IMG/VR virus record: IMGVR_UViG_3300049427_000004
Coordinates: 96,001 to 160,000 of that record
Origin: a virus
Direction: 5' to 3' (one strand)
Length of the DNA stretch: 64,000 bases
Shown here: positions 1-9,182 of the stretch, one piece after another
Layout of the letters: each line of letters opens with the position of its first letter
Numbering within the stretch: position 1 is the first letter of the stretch
Notes under the pieces: generated by a model
Told to the model about the DNA's origin: nothing
What the model saw: only the letters and a program-made list of their open reading frames with translations
The model's database searches: none
Made by a program: the position numbers and the translations under genes

Positions 1-78
1 TAATCCGTTTTTTGAAAAGTTGCTGGTGATAATTAACACTGGCTGTTATATGATCTTTGCAAAAATCAAAAAGTGGAA

Positions 79-555
79 TTATAGCACCTTTTGCTTTACC
101 CCTATAATTAAGTTAAATGGTCGAGCTTCCCTATAACCGCTTTTTGTCTCTATTGTTAAGGTTTTTTTATTTACTCTTGCAACCTTTACTTCTCCATATG
201 CTGAATCGATAACTAAATCACCAACTTGAGCGGATAGAACTTGATTCTTCATGATCTCTTTTAAATTGTCTTGTCTTACTTTTTTACCTGACACAATAAA
301 TTCTATACGTTTTAATAGAAAGTCTTTTTCTTCAATCAATTTTGTATATATTTTTGCCTGTTCAATTGATTTATTTACACTTCTTTCGCGTCTTAGGTTA
401 AGCTTGTTTAGGTTCTTCCGATTGCCAGAACCGCCAACCATCCCCAAATGAAAATGTTCTTTTACTTGATCCAAATAGGGATCACTATTGTTAAGTTTAT
501 CTATTTTTTGTTGAATTTCAACTAATTTAAAATTTAATGTTTCTAATTCATCCAT
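79..555 (-). CDS. hypothetical protein, C-terminal SH3/KOW-like segment
   Basis: 158-aa ORF with SD-like GAGGTG upstream; C-terminus AQVGDLVIDSAYGEVKVARVNKKTLTIET looks like a small beta-barrel. Confidence 0.6.
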   Translation of the reverse strand: MDELETLNFKLVEIQQKIDKLNNSDPYLDQVKEHFHLGMVGGSGNRKNLNKLNLRRERSVNKSIEQAKIYTKLIEEKDFLLKRIEFIVSGKKVRQDNLKEIMKNQVLSAQVGDLVIDSAYGEVKVARVNKKTLTIETKSGYREARPFNLIIGVKQKVL

Positions 556-626
556 AATAAAACACCTCTTCTGTTATATTGAGATATCAGACCGTCACCG
601 TTACAATGTAACGGCCTGATATTGTT

Positions 627-2933
627 TTAAATAGCTTCCGCTGCCGTTTCTTCAAGTTTATCAATCACAACCATTACAGTATTTACATTCGTTCCAGACT
701 CTTTAAATGCTCCTTCTGGAAGCTTTTCATAATATCCCCTACCATCTAGCCATTCACGGAAATTAACGCTTGCTGTGTCATTTGCAAAGGTGAAATGAGG
801 TGACATAATAGCAACCAATCGACCACCATCCTTTAGACATTTATAAGCATGTTGCACATGTTGGATATCTTGGTTTTTTTCAAATGGTGGATTCATTATG
901 ATTTTATCGTAATGATTATATTTTGCATATTCCATAAAATCATTTGAAACAAGATTATAATTCTTTAGTTCTAAAATTTCACGCAAACTATAGTTCCATT
1001 CTACGGCCTCAATTGTTGCTGTTATGCCGTTCGCTTGAATGTACGCTGTTATACTATCTAATATATTTCCGTTCCCTGCTGAAGGCTCTAGGATCTTTTC
1101 ACCTTCTCGAATATCTGCATGATTCAGCATTTGTTCAATTATATTTTTAGGAGTAGGGAAATACCCTGCAATTTTACGGAATTTTACATCAGACTCTAGT
1201 TTTTTAATCTTTTGCATTATTGGATTAACTGGTTTTTTAATCTCATCTTTAATTGCTTTATATTCTTCAACTGCTGCTGTTAATTGAGTTATATTATATA
1301 GTCCAGCCTTATGCAATCGCTTCTGCTTCTTTGGTACTTCGCTGTTATACCATCCCTTTAAATCATAACGAGTGTCAATTTCGGGATAAATAAAATCGTT
1401 TCTTGAAATTGAGTAATTATGAAGTTGATCCCGAAAAGCTCCAACTAATAAAGCCTGTTCTAATTTTGTCATGCTGTTATTGAATGCTTTATCCTTTAGG
1501 TATTCAAGAAGAGTAATATCAAAACGTAGTGATTCACGTTTCATTTCTCTACTTGCTTCCTCTTGTTGTCGTTTCCAAGTATTTGTTAAATGATTGCCCG
1601 ATAAAGATTCGAGTTTATTTTGTGCTGATTCGATTTGCTTATCAATCTTATCAATGAATTGTGTTTGATCCTGTTCTTTTTCTTGCTTGCTGTTATATGA
1701 TGTTTCTGTTTCTTGTGCCTTTTCTTTTACTTTTTCTGATTCACCGTTCAACATTGCTTTAATTTCATCAATGATGTTATTACCTGCTTTTGATTTAGTG
1801 ATTAATTCCGATGCTTTTTCCTTGCTTATAACTAGGTTAGTTGTGTTTAGTTTAGTTGCACAATGTAGCGCCCATAATTGGCGTTTAGTTGCTTGATCCT
1901 CATTTGCTGTATCATTGCTTGTTGTTTCCGTTTGTACTGCTTCTGTTGCCTGTTCTGGTTGTTCTGTTACAACTTCTTTAGTTTCAAGCTGTACAGCGTC
2001 TGAAGCCTTTACAGTGCGTTTGGTTTTCTTGAAAACTGTTTTTTCTACATACTCTGTTACCTCTTGCAATGTGTATACTTTAACTTTTCCTTCTGTCATT
2101 TCTTTTTCAAGTCTAGCCAATGGTTGATAATATCTCTTTGCATTATTTTTACGTTGATATCCTCTTTTTTCACTTCCTAGAAGTTCATATGTTACGCGCA
2201 CTTGTTCGCCTACAGTGTAAACCTTAGTAACGATCCAAAAATGTCCATGATACGAGAATGAAAGCAGATCACCTTCATTAATTGTGCTATTGTCTTTTTG
2301 TACTGGCTTGATAACTTGCTTAGCAACTTTTACAACTTCTGCTTTCAATGCATCCGAATCAGTCAAAATCTTTTCAATTTTATTGATAAACTTTTTCAAT
2401 TTTTCAGCTTTTTGATCTGCTGCACTTACTTCTTCATTCTCCCAATCATACGAGTTAACCGCAAAAGCTCCGCTACCTTTTGCAACAATTTGACCATCTT
2501 TCTCAATGTGCCAATTATTATGTTTTGGGTTTCCGTGTGCGAATGTGGGGTAAACTTCTTCAATTGTGTATGTTGGTGCAATTCCTTGCTTTTCTTTTTC
2601 TTTCTCAATCAATACAGCACAAGAAGCCTTTTCATTCTCTGTTGATGCTGCATCATTCATCATTGCCTCTAGTTTAGAGATACGGTCAGATGCTTTATAT
2701 GATGTTTTGTTGTAATTGTATTTTTTTACTTCATAACCAGAATAGCGAGTATTATTATTATCAATAACGAGTACATAACCGTTTTTAGTAGCGATTCCAT
2801 CCCAAGAAGCCGGATTCCAATAATCTGTCATCATATCGGATGTATCTGCTTTATATCCGAAAATAGTCCAACCATTGTCAACGAGTGCTCCAGCGATTTG
2901 AACAAGTGCTTCACGGTTTTGGTAGTAACTCAT
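627..2933 (-). CDS. large multidomain protein with C-terminal N6-adenine DNA methyltransferase
   Basis: Motif I ILEPSAGNG and motif IV IIMNPPF, plus FKESGTNV, in the last ~200 aa; ~570-aa N-terminal region of unknown domains. Confidence 0.85.
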   Translation of the reverse strand: MSYYQNREALVQIAGALVDNGWTIFGYKADTSDMMTDYWNPASWDGIATKNGYVLVIDNNNTRYSGYEVKKYNYNKTSYKASDRISKLEAMMNDAASTENEKASCAVLIEKEKEKQGIAPTYTIEEVYPTFAHGNPKHNNWHIEKDGQIVAKGSGAFAVNSYDWENEEVSAADQKAEKLKKFINKIEKILTDSDALKAEVVKVAKQVIKPVQKDNSTINEGDLLSFSYHGHFWIVTKVYTVGEQVRVTYELLGSEKRGYQRKNNAKRYYQPLARLEKEMTEGKVKVYTLQEVTEYVEKTVFKKTKRTVKASDAVQLETKEVVTEQPEQATEAVQTETTSNDTANEDQATKRQLWALHCATKLNTTNLVISKEKASELITKSKAGNNIIDEIKAMLNGESEKVKEKAQETETSYNSKQEKEQDQTQFIDKIDKQIESAQNKLESLSGNHLTNTWKRQQEEASREMKRESLRFDITLLEYLKDKAFNNSMTKLEQALLVGAFRDQLHNYSISRNDFIYPEIDTRYDLKGWYNSEVPKKQKRLHKAGLYNITQLTAAVEEYKAIKDEIKKPVNPIMQKIKKLESDVKFRKIAGYFPTPKNIIEQMLNHADIREGEKILEPSAGNGNILDSITAYIQANGITATIEAVEWNYSLREILELKNYNLVSNDFMEYAKYNHYDKIIMNPPFEKNQDIQHVQHAYKCLKDGGRLVAIMSPHFTFANDTASVNFREWLDGRGYYEKLPEGAFKESGTNVNTVMVVIDKLEETAAEAI

Positions 2934-2992
2934 TATTGATTCGCTCCTTTGCGCTTAATGCGCTATGTATTATTGTCTTCCTCTTGTTTCTA

Positions 2993-3021
2993 ATTATAAA
3001 GGTTTATATATGTAAAGTCAA
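2993..3021 (-). promoter_or_regulatory. sigmaA promoter with operator in spacer
   Basis: Minus strand TTGACT-17-TATAAT; spacer holds GTTTA-N6-TAAAG (3002-3017). Confidence 0.7.
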
Positions 3022-3145
3022 TTAAATCATTTCCTTTTTCAATATTTTGTTTTTAATGAGTTCTGCCCAATAAAGCAGCAAATTTAATACCCATAGACAG
3101 AGAAAAAAGCGGATCGGCTCCGCTCTGGTTTGTTTATTTAGTTCT

Positions 3146-3460
3146 CTATTCAAATTTAAAGCAAACCGTAGCACCTTTTAAATAAACTTCTAATGTTGCG
3201 CCCATGTCTGGATACACTTGCATCAACTCTTGATCATCTTCAAGCGCTTCCAGCTCGTTAACTAGCAATTCAAATTGTTGTTTATTTTCTTTATTCTTGA
3301 TGTAGATGTAAAACGAATCAGCCGACACCTGCCATTCATTAAGAGTGCAGTATGTTGCAAAACCTCCTGCATGAACACCAATTGTCATCTGTTTACTTTG
3401 ATTGTTTTCCAAAGTATTTACGATTTCTTTAACCATTTGTTCATGTGTAATTGTTTGCAT
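3146..3460 (-). CDS. hypothetical protein
   Basis: 104-aa ORF, SD AAGGAGCGG upstream, own promoter at 3505-3532. Confidence 0.7.
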   Translation of the reverse strand: MQTITHEQMVKEIVNTLENNQSKQMTIGVHAGGFATYCTLNEWQVSADSFYIYIKNKENKQQFELLVNELEALEDDQELMQVYPDMGATLEVYLKGATVCFKFE

Positions 3461-3504
3461 AATAACCGCTCCTTATTGGATATGTATTTTCTTTCCTTAC
3501 CTTT

Positions 3505-3532
3505 ATTATACACTTTATACATTTAAATACAA
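3505..3532 (-). promoter_or_regulatory. sigmaA promoter with operator in spacer
   Basis: Minus strand TTGTAT-16-TG-TATAAT arrangement; CTTTA-N6-TAAAT at 3513-3528. Confidence 0.6.
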
Positions 3533-3638
3533 GTGTTATTTTTGATATTTCGCTTTTATTTTAAGGCTCATAAATGTTACATTTCATAACCTGCCACCTA
3601 GAGAAGTTTTACCCTCTCTAGGCTTCTCAGAATCATTT

Positions 3639-4724
3639 TTAAGCTGCTTTCTTTGCGTTTCTATACGGTAACACTAGATAATTATAGTCAATCATTGCAG
3701 GTGTGTATTCACCTGTCATTTTAAACACAATGTATTCATTCTTATTGTTTTTTAATCCATCAAGTAACAATTCAAGGTTGAAGCATATTGACAAGTCTTC
3801 ACCTATTTTTTTTACATCCAATTCACTTGTAAGTGTGTTTTTCGAATCTTTAGAACCAACTTTAATATATAGTTTATCATTTTTAACGTCTATGTTTATT
3901 GTCCCAGTTTTATCAGCAATTTCTTTCATGAGCTGCAATTCCTCAACCAGTTCTTTTTTATTGATTTTAACTTCACTTTTAAAGTGTTGCGGAATGATTT
4001 TCGTTGTATCTGGATACGTCCCCTCAATCAATCGTAAAAGCATAGTAACATTATCAAAAACTATTCTAACATGTCTATTGTGACTATCAACGGTGAAAGT
4101 AAACCCACCTTTGTATTGTTTATCAATGAACGAAGAAATTAGGTTTAGAGACGTTGAAGCGATGACCATATCATTGGTATTCTCATTGCTTTCAATAGTC
4201 GCTAGAGCTAATCTATGGCGGTCACACGCTGTCACAGCCTTACCTTTGAATAGTAAACCTTGCAACACTGGAGTTGATTCCGAAACAGCACAAGCATAAG
4301 TAATTGAAATTACTTCTAACATCTTTTCTTTTGAAATTGTAAACGCTGGTTGAGTGAATTCAGTTGACGGGATGTCTGGGTAGTTGACTGGATCTAGTCC
4401 TATGTATTTAATATTTCGTTTACCTGATTCGATTTTATCAGATGCGATAGTCATATATGTATCGTTTAATTTTTGGATAAGTTTCAATGTTTCTTTGGTG
4501 AGGACAATCGAACCAGATTCAATAACTTCAGCTTCTTTTAATTCAATGATAGTGGGCATTACTTCATGATTAACTGCAATCAATCTAACTGATTCTGTTG
4601 CGATAATTTTGATGCCATTTAACATTTCTAATTTTGATTTACTTGGTGTCACCTTTAAAAGATTTTTGATTGCAGTTTGGATTTCTTTAGTCATGACGTT
4701 AATTTTCATTATTACACTCTCCAT
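3639..4724 (-). CDS. dnaN: DNA polymerase III beta sliding clamp
   Basis: 361 aa; clamp motifs PVLQG, TACDRHRLA, RLIEGTYPD, ICFNLELLLDGL and C-terminal LVLPYR. Confidence 0.9.
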   Translation of the reverse strand: MESVIMKINVMTKEIQTAIKNLLKVTPSKSKLEMLNGIKIIATESVRLIAVNHEVMPTIIELKEAEVIESGSIVLTKETLKLIQKLNDTYMTIASDKIESGKRNIKYIGLDPVNYPDIPSTEFTQPAFTISKEKMLEVISITYACAVSESTPVLQGLLFKGKAVTACDRHRLALATIESNENTNDMVIASTSLNLISSFIDKQYKGGFTFTVDSHNRHVRIVFDNVTMLLRLIEGTYPDTTKIIPQHFKSEVKINKKELVEELQLMKEIADKTGTINIDVKNDKLYIKVGSKDSKNTLTSELDVKKIGEDLSICFNLELLLDGLKNNKNEYIVFKMTGEYTPAMIDYNYLVLPYRNAKKAA

Positions 4725-4773
4725 TTATATTATTTGTTTTAATACAGTTTTGATAAAATTAAAATTTCGTAGG

Positions 4774-4944
4774 CTAATTTAGCTCAACATAGTATGGTTC
4801 ATTTGGATAATTTGGATCAATATCTCCGCTCACATAATCAACATTTTTTTTATTTAACATTTCGCAAAGTGTATTATATACTTCCTTATCAAAAGTTGTT
4901 ACTGTTTCTCCTGCTAAAACTCTTTTATAAAGTTTGTTTACCAT
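4774..4944 (-). CDS. small hypothetical protein (56 aa, not in ORF track)
   Basis: MVNKLYKRVLAGETVTTFDKEVYNTLCEMLNKKNVDYVSGDIDPNYPNEPYYVELN*, SD GGAGAGTGG upstream. Confidence 0.55.
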   Translation of the reverse strand: MVNKLYKRVLAGETVTTFDKEVYNTLCEMLNKKNVDYVSGDIDPNYPNEPYYVELN

Positions 4945-4979
4945 TATATCCACTCTCCATTATCATATTTTTTATTATT

Positions 4980-5231
4980 TTAACGTCTTACATTGATTAA
5001 GCAATTTTCATGTCCAAAAGTTTGATTTATTTGTGCTAATCCTTTTGTTCCTTCTGGTCTATCGAATTCTTTACTTTTTGTTTGAATAAATACCTCAGAA
5101 ACATCTTTATTGCAAAGTTCACATTTTCCGTATTTGGCACTCGATCCACCAGTTGAACTCAATTTATATTGAAATATCATTACTATCACTCCAATTATCA
5201 TATTTAATTCATTAATTTCCCTTGAATTCAA
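4980..5231 (-). CDS. hypothetical protein with Cys/His metal-binding motif
   Basis: YGKCELCNK ... FGHENCL pattern. Confidence 0.55.
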   Translation of the reverse strand: MNSREINELNMIIGVIVMIFQYKLSSTGGSSAKYGKCELCNKDVSEVFIQTKSKEFDRPEGTKGLAQINQTFGHENCLINVRR

Positions 5232-5248
5232 TCTTTCAAGGGGAATGG

Positions 5249-5473
5249 CTAGTTCTCCTTTTGCTGCTCATCTTCAAGGAATAATTTATATGTGCGTTCA
5301 ATTGCATTTTTTGTATATTCATTTAAGTTGGAAAGTGATTCAACAAATTTTTTAGCTGTAGTCAATCGGATGTTTGCGCTTAGACATTCATCGAAGAATC
5401 TTTCTAAAGCTGTAACCGTGAAAGATTGAGGAGAATCAGCACAAACTTTGAATATCAATTCAATTTTTTTCAT
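5249..5473 (-). CDS. hypothetical protein
   Basis: 74-aa ORF directly after promoter 5521-5550, SD GGAGCG. Confidence 0.6.
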   Translation of the reverse strand: MKKIELIFKVCADSPQSFTVTALERFFDECLSANIRLTTAKKFVESLSNLNEYTKNAIERTYKLFLEDEQQKEN

Positions 5474-5520
5474 TTTAAGCGCTCCATTCGCGAATATGTA
5501 TTGTTTACTTCCTTAATTCA

Positions 5521-5550
5521 ATAATACACTTTACATATATAAACTGTCAA
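5521..5550 (-). promoter_or_regulatory. sigmaA promoter with operator in spacer
   Basis: Minus strand TTGACA-18-TATTAT; CTTTA-N6-TAAAC at 5529-5544. Confidence 0.65.
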
Positions 5551-5593
5551 TAAAAACGTCACGTTTTCTATTTTTCATTTTAAACTATCCCTT

Positions 5594-5902
5594 TCATTGT
5601 ATAACCGTCTTCACAATCTCCTCTTCTCCATCAACCAATTCATAATAAATATCAATCTTATGACCAATTAAACGCTTTTGAAGCTGTGCCAGTGTTTCCC
5701 CTTTGCTTAGTTCAACATCTAACACCCAAAATGAACCGTCTGCTGCTTTTGCCGTATAAGCATATAGTTTGCCGTCATACTTATCATAGACAACGTTAGA
5801 GACGATCTGAGACGTTTTAAGAGTAGTTGAAGCATGAGCAAATGAATTAAGAGTGAAGAAGATTGACAGAGCGATTAAAAGAGCAGATAAACGTTTTAAC
5901 AT
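5594..5902 (-). CDS. secreted hypothetical protein
   Basis: Signal peptide MLKRLSALLIALSIFFTLNSFAHA; SD GGAGG. Confidence 0.7.
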   Translation of the reverse strand: MLKRLSALLIALSIFFTLNSFAHASTTLKTSQIVSNVVYDKYDGKLYAYTAKAADGSFWVLDVELSKGETLAQLQKRLIGHKIDIYYELVDGEEEIVKTVIQ

Positions 5903-5922
5903 GGTATGGCCTCCATTTGATT

Positions 5923-6084
5923 TTAGTTTGTTTTTATAGTTACATGCGAATGCTTCATAATTGATTCACCGTATACACGTTTGAATCGTTCAACAATAGC
6001 AGTTCTACGCTCAACAGATTCTTTGCGGTCAGATCCGAATTCATATTGCATCCAATAGGATAGTTCATTGAATGCTTTAATCAT
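5923..6084 (-). CDS. small hypothetical protein (53 aa, not in ORF track)
   Basis: MIKAFNELSYWMQYEFGSDRKESVERRTAIVERFKRVYGESIMKHSHVTIKTN* fills the gap between co-oriented genes. Confidence 0.45.
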   Translation of the reverse strand: MIKAFNELSYWMQYEFGSDRKESVERRTAIVERFKRVYGESIMKHSHVTIKTN

Positions 6085-6087
6085 GAG

Positions 6088-6423
6088 TTACTTCATTTTG
6101 TTGTAGCTCCCTTCTATTTTTCTAATTGCAGATACTACGTACTTTGGAACTATTTTATCATTTTCATCATATTGAATGCCTAGCCCATTATAATTGCTTT
6201 CCAATATCCTACGATACGTTAGACGACCAGAAAGATATAATATAAATTCAAATGCTTTTCCATTCATATTTTCTACTGTTCCTTGTAAAGTATAATTTGA
6301 AGATTTTCCAGTTGAATCAAACCATACAAATATAGACCACTTTTCACCGATATATACATATGAAGGAATCCCCCATACATCAGTAGATTCCCCTTCATAC
6401 TTGAATGATTTGTCTTTACTCAT
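6088..6423 (-). CDS. hypothetical protein
   Basis: 111-aa ORF overlapping the stop of 6416-6598. Confidence 0.6.
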   Translation of the reverse strand: MSKDKSFKYEGESTDVWGIPSYVYIGEKWSIFVWFDSTGKSSNYTLQGTVENMNGKAFEFILYLSGRLTYRRILESNYNGLGIQYDENDKIVPKYVVSAIRKIEGSYNKMK

Positions 6424-6598
6424 TTACTTTCACAATCTCCAGTTCATCACTCCAATAATATTCTAAGAGGATTTTTTCATCAACTAATCTAACGTGATTG
6501 TGCCACTTCCCATTATGACATTCACTACTTAGTACATTAGCTATGTTTCCTGATGGAGTTACAACTTGAGACATCTTTTCATATTTTACATTTTTCAT
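6416..6598 (-). CDS. hypothetical protein
   Basis: 60-aa ORF, SD CGGAGAG, first gene after the minus-strand promoter at 6642-6670. Confidence 0.6.
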   Translation of the reverse strand: MKNVKYEKMSQVVTPSGNIANVLSSECHNGKWHNHVRLVDEKILLEYYWSDELEIVKVNE

Positions 6599-6641
6599 GT
6601 TTAATCTCTCCGTTTCATTGTTTGGTTTCTTTGATAAATCT

Positions 6642-6715
6642 AATATAACATGCTTTTAAATGCTTTGCAATAGGTGTTTTTGTATATTGCAAAATACTTT
6701 TAAATGCTTTAAAAT
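6642..6715. promoter_or_regulatory. divergent sigmaA promoters with 14-bp direct repeats
   Basis: Minus TTGCAA-17-TATATT (6670-6642), plus TTGCAA-17-TAAAAT (6687-6715); CTTTTAAATGCTTT at 6653-6666 and 6697-6710. Confidence 0.6.
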
Positions 6716-6749
6716 ACCTTTATAAAGTGTTCACAGGGAGATGTTAATA

Positions 6750-6914
6750 ATGGCAGGTAGACCATCTAAACTAGACAAAAAAATTCGTGAAGCTATCTAC
6801 TTCGAGCCTGATTTGTTAGATTGGATAAGGCAACAAGCAGAAGAAAAGAAAACTACAACATCAACAATTATCAATTTATTAGTTGAGAAAGAAATGAAAC
6901 AGTCATCTGTTTAA
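6750..6914 (+). CDS. ribbon-helix-helix (CopG/Arc-like) DNA-binding protein, 54 aa (not in ORF track)
   Basis: MAGRPSKLDKKIREAIYFEPDLLDWIRQQAEEKKTTTSTIINLLVEKEMKQSSV*; beta strand then two helices; SD AGGGAG; terminator-like hairpin downstream (~6950-6981). Confidence 0.7.
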   Translation: MAGRPSKLDKKIREAIYFEPDLLDWIRQQAEEKKTTTSTIINLLVEKEMKQSSV

Positions 6915-7191
6915 TTTTCAGTTGAATCTGCAAATAACCTATATCAATGTATCCTTAGTCGTAACTTTGGCTAGGGATTTTTATTGTCTAACACAAAAGG
7001 ACTGTTGCTATTGGAACAATGAGCAGACGAAATCCTGAATTCATTCGGTGGTGAAATCTTGTTATAGATGAAGGTAAAATAAATAAACAAATTATCCAAA
7101 AAGATTAATAAATAAGTTGACTTGTATAAGTGAAATATGATATATTTACATTAGGTATTTCTATGTCCATACATATGAAAGGAGTAAGAAA

Positions 7192-7398
7192 ATGAATCAA
7201 AAACATTATTTTTACTGCTATGACATGAAGCTATTTAATCATTTAAATCAAAACGGGATGAGATTCATTACTAAAGCAAGACATCATAAAACTGGAGATC
7301 TATTCAGTCTATATGAGCATACAGACGAATTATCTGCATTATTATCCGAATGGCAATCATCCAGCCTTGAAAAAGTAGTCCAAAAACAGGATGGATAA
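7192..7398 (+). CDS. small phage protein, DUF5659-like
   Basis: YFYCYDMKLFNHL..G.RFITKARHHKTGDLFSLY pattern; promoter TTGACT-18-TATATT at 7117-7146; SD AAGGAG. Confidence 0.7.
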   Translation: MNQKHYFYCYDMKLFNHLNQNGMRFITKARHHKTGDLFSLYEHTDELSALLSEWQSSSLEKVVQKQDG

Positions 7399-7532
7399 AA
7401 GTTATATGATTGTTGAGTTTTCCTCTCTTCTACTGTAATAAATGTATGTTTGCATATAGCCGATATTGACCACACCTTGCATTTTATATGTCCTGCATAC
7501 ACTTTTTTATTATCATACCTTGAACTTTTGCA

Positions 7533-7696
7533 TCAAAAACGGGATATACCAGAGATTCTATAAAGGAGGTGAAAAAGTCAATGTTTATATGTGAAATATG
7601 GCTATTGCACAAAAATTGATGCTTGCACAAATGGTATATTGCATATGCCTGTTTTTGTGAAAGCCTTGAAATTATAGTCAAAAAACGGGATATACT
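7533..7696 (+). repeat. direct repeat AAAAACGGGATATAC (2 copies, third partial AAACGGGAAAA near 7740)
   Basis: Copies at ~7535-7549 and ~7681-7695 upstream of the Rep-like gene. Confidence 0.6.
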
Positions 7697-7924
7697 TAAC
7701 TAAGATAAGTATTTGAAAGAACTAAAGTTAATATCTCATAAACGGGAAAATAAATTTCCCATTTATCTAGTAAAATATTTCACTACTTTTAAAGATTAAA
7801 ATCAAAGGAAAAAGTTAAGTTCAAAAGATAAGAACACTTGAAACATAGGATATTTTTATTCTACTTTATATTCAATATTATTTATGATTATTAATTATGA
7901 GAGTACTCAATGGAAAGCTAGGAG

Positions 7925-8755
7925 ATGGTTTATTTGTTATTTAATTATACGATGAAAAATATTAAAGTTAAGCAGAATTGGTTTGATTTAGATTCAGATA
8001 ATAAGTATAAAAAATTAGGTTATAAAGGTTTCTACATATACATATCTATGTTCAAATTTAGATTATACAGTCAGGAACAAAATTATATGTTTGTTACCTC
8101 TATTGCACTATTGAGAAAAGAAACAGGATACAAAACAGAGGAAATATTCGAATTATTGAAACTGCTTAAAACTTTAGGAATATTAACGTTTGATGGCTTA
8201 TCTAGATGGAGTTTATTGATTGATGATAATGGAAAAATAAAGGATAAAGAATTGATTGTCTGCTATGGTTCTGATGTCCCAATAGTTGATATTGTACCAG
8301 ATCCAAATAGAGAAGGTAAAACAAAAGAAATGCCCAGAACGGAAAAAGATAAATATATAAATGTTAGCTTAGACATTTTTCAATATTACAAGGATATTGG
8401 ATTGAGTGAACGCTATTACGGTTTATATTGTTTATTGCGCTTCTTTGGTGACATTAACACAGAAAATAAATCCTATATGAGTATTGAGAAAATGTCTGAT
8501 ACTCTAGGATATAATAAAGACAGTTTAAATAAGATGATCCATGAAATGAATAGAAAATATGTTTTGTATAGCAATAAGCGGAAGAATGGAAAAGGTGATT
8601 TTTACTTTGAACATCATTTGTGCAACAATGTAAAGAATTTAGCAATATTTCAACAGGATTGGATTAAGGATGGAATAGATAAGAATATAAAACAATGGGA
8701 CAAAAAGAAAGACCGAGAAAACAAGAGTAGAAAAACGAAAAAGAAAACAGAATAG
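7925..8755 (+). CDS. tandem winged-helix protein, replication-initiator-like
   Basis: Two HTH-like segments (TSIALLRKETGYKTEEIFELLKLLK; MSIEKMSDTLGYNKDSLNKMIHEM); basic C-terminus; terminator follows. Confidence 0.55.
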   Translation: MVYLLFNYTMKNIKVKQNWFDLDSDNKYKKLGYKGFYIYISMFKFRLYSQEQNYMFVTSIALLRKETGYKTEEIFELLKLLKTLGILTFDGLSRWSLLIDDNGKIKDKELIVCYGSDVPIVDIVPDPNREGKTKEMPRTEKDKYINVSLDIFQYYKDIGLSERYYGLYCLLRFFGDINTENKSYMSIEKMSDTLGYNKDSLNKMIHEMNRKYVLYSNKRKNGKGDFYFEHHLCNNVKNLAIFQQDWIKDGIDKNIKQWDKKKDRENKSRKTKKKTE

Positions 8756-8764
8756 GATTATATG

Positions 8765-8793
8765 AGGATTGGCTTAATGCTGATCCTTTTTTT
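8765..8793 (+). terminator. rho-independent terminator
   Basis: AGGATTGGC-ttaat-GCTGATCCT followed by a T run. Confidence 0.7.
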
Positions 8794-8956
8794 GTTTTGG
8801 CTGCTCAAAATGGATTGTAAGAGGTTTTAATGTGAGTTGTGGGATAATGTGAGGAATGAGGAGAAAAGGAAAAGAGAAGCCTTATGAGCTTCCCTCTGCT
8901 CTTATTATTTTGATTGCAGCTTAATATTTGTATAGATGTTTAAACGTCTTAGATCA

Positions 8957-9124
8957 TTAATGTGACCGTCTAATCATGATTGAGTAAGTAAATCCAACAA
9001 TACTAATTATACTCACTGTAATGGCTGTTATTCGCATGTATGATGGATCACTGTCGGTAATCATGAATAGATATATGATGGATAATATTAAGGTGACAAG
9101 TGAGATATATCGAAGAGCTTTCAT
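8957..9124 (-). CDS. small two-TM membrane protein, 55 aa (not in ORF track)
   Basis: MKALRYISLVTLILSIIYLFMITDSDPSYMRITAITVSIISIVGFTYSIMIRRSH*; SD AAGGGAG. Confidence 0.65.
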   Translation of the reverse strand: MKALRYISLVTLILSIIYLFMITDSDPSYMRITAITVSIISIVGFTYSIMIRRSH

Positions 9125-9182
9125 TTTTGCCAACTCCCTTCATTCCTTATGTAATAAAAATAGGAAGCTTATTAAGCTTCCC

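Noticed and set aside
6990-7050. Hammerhead-like string AGGA..TGTT/AACA..ATGAG..GAAA-TCCT
   Set aside because: Lacks the essential CUGA of the core, the cleavage-site UH and a real stem II.
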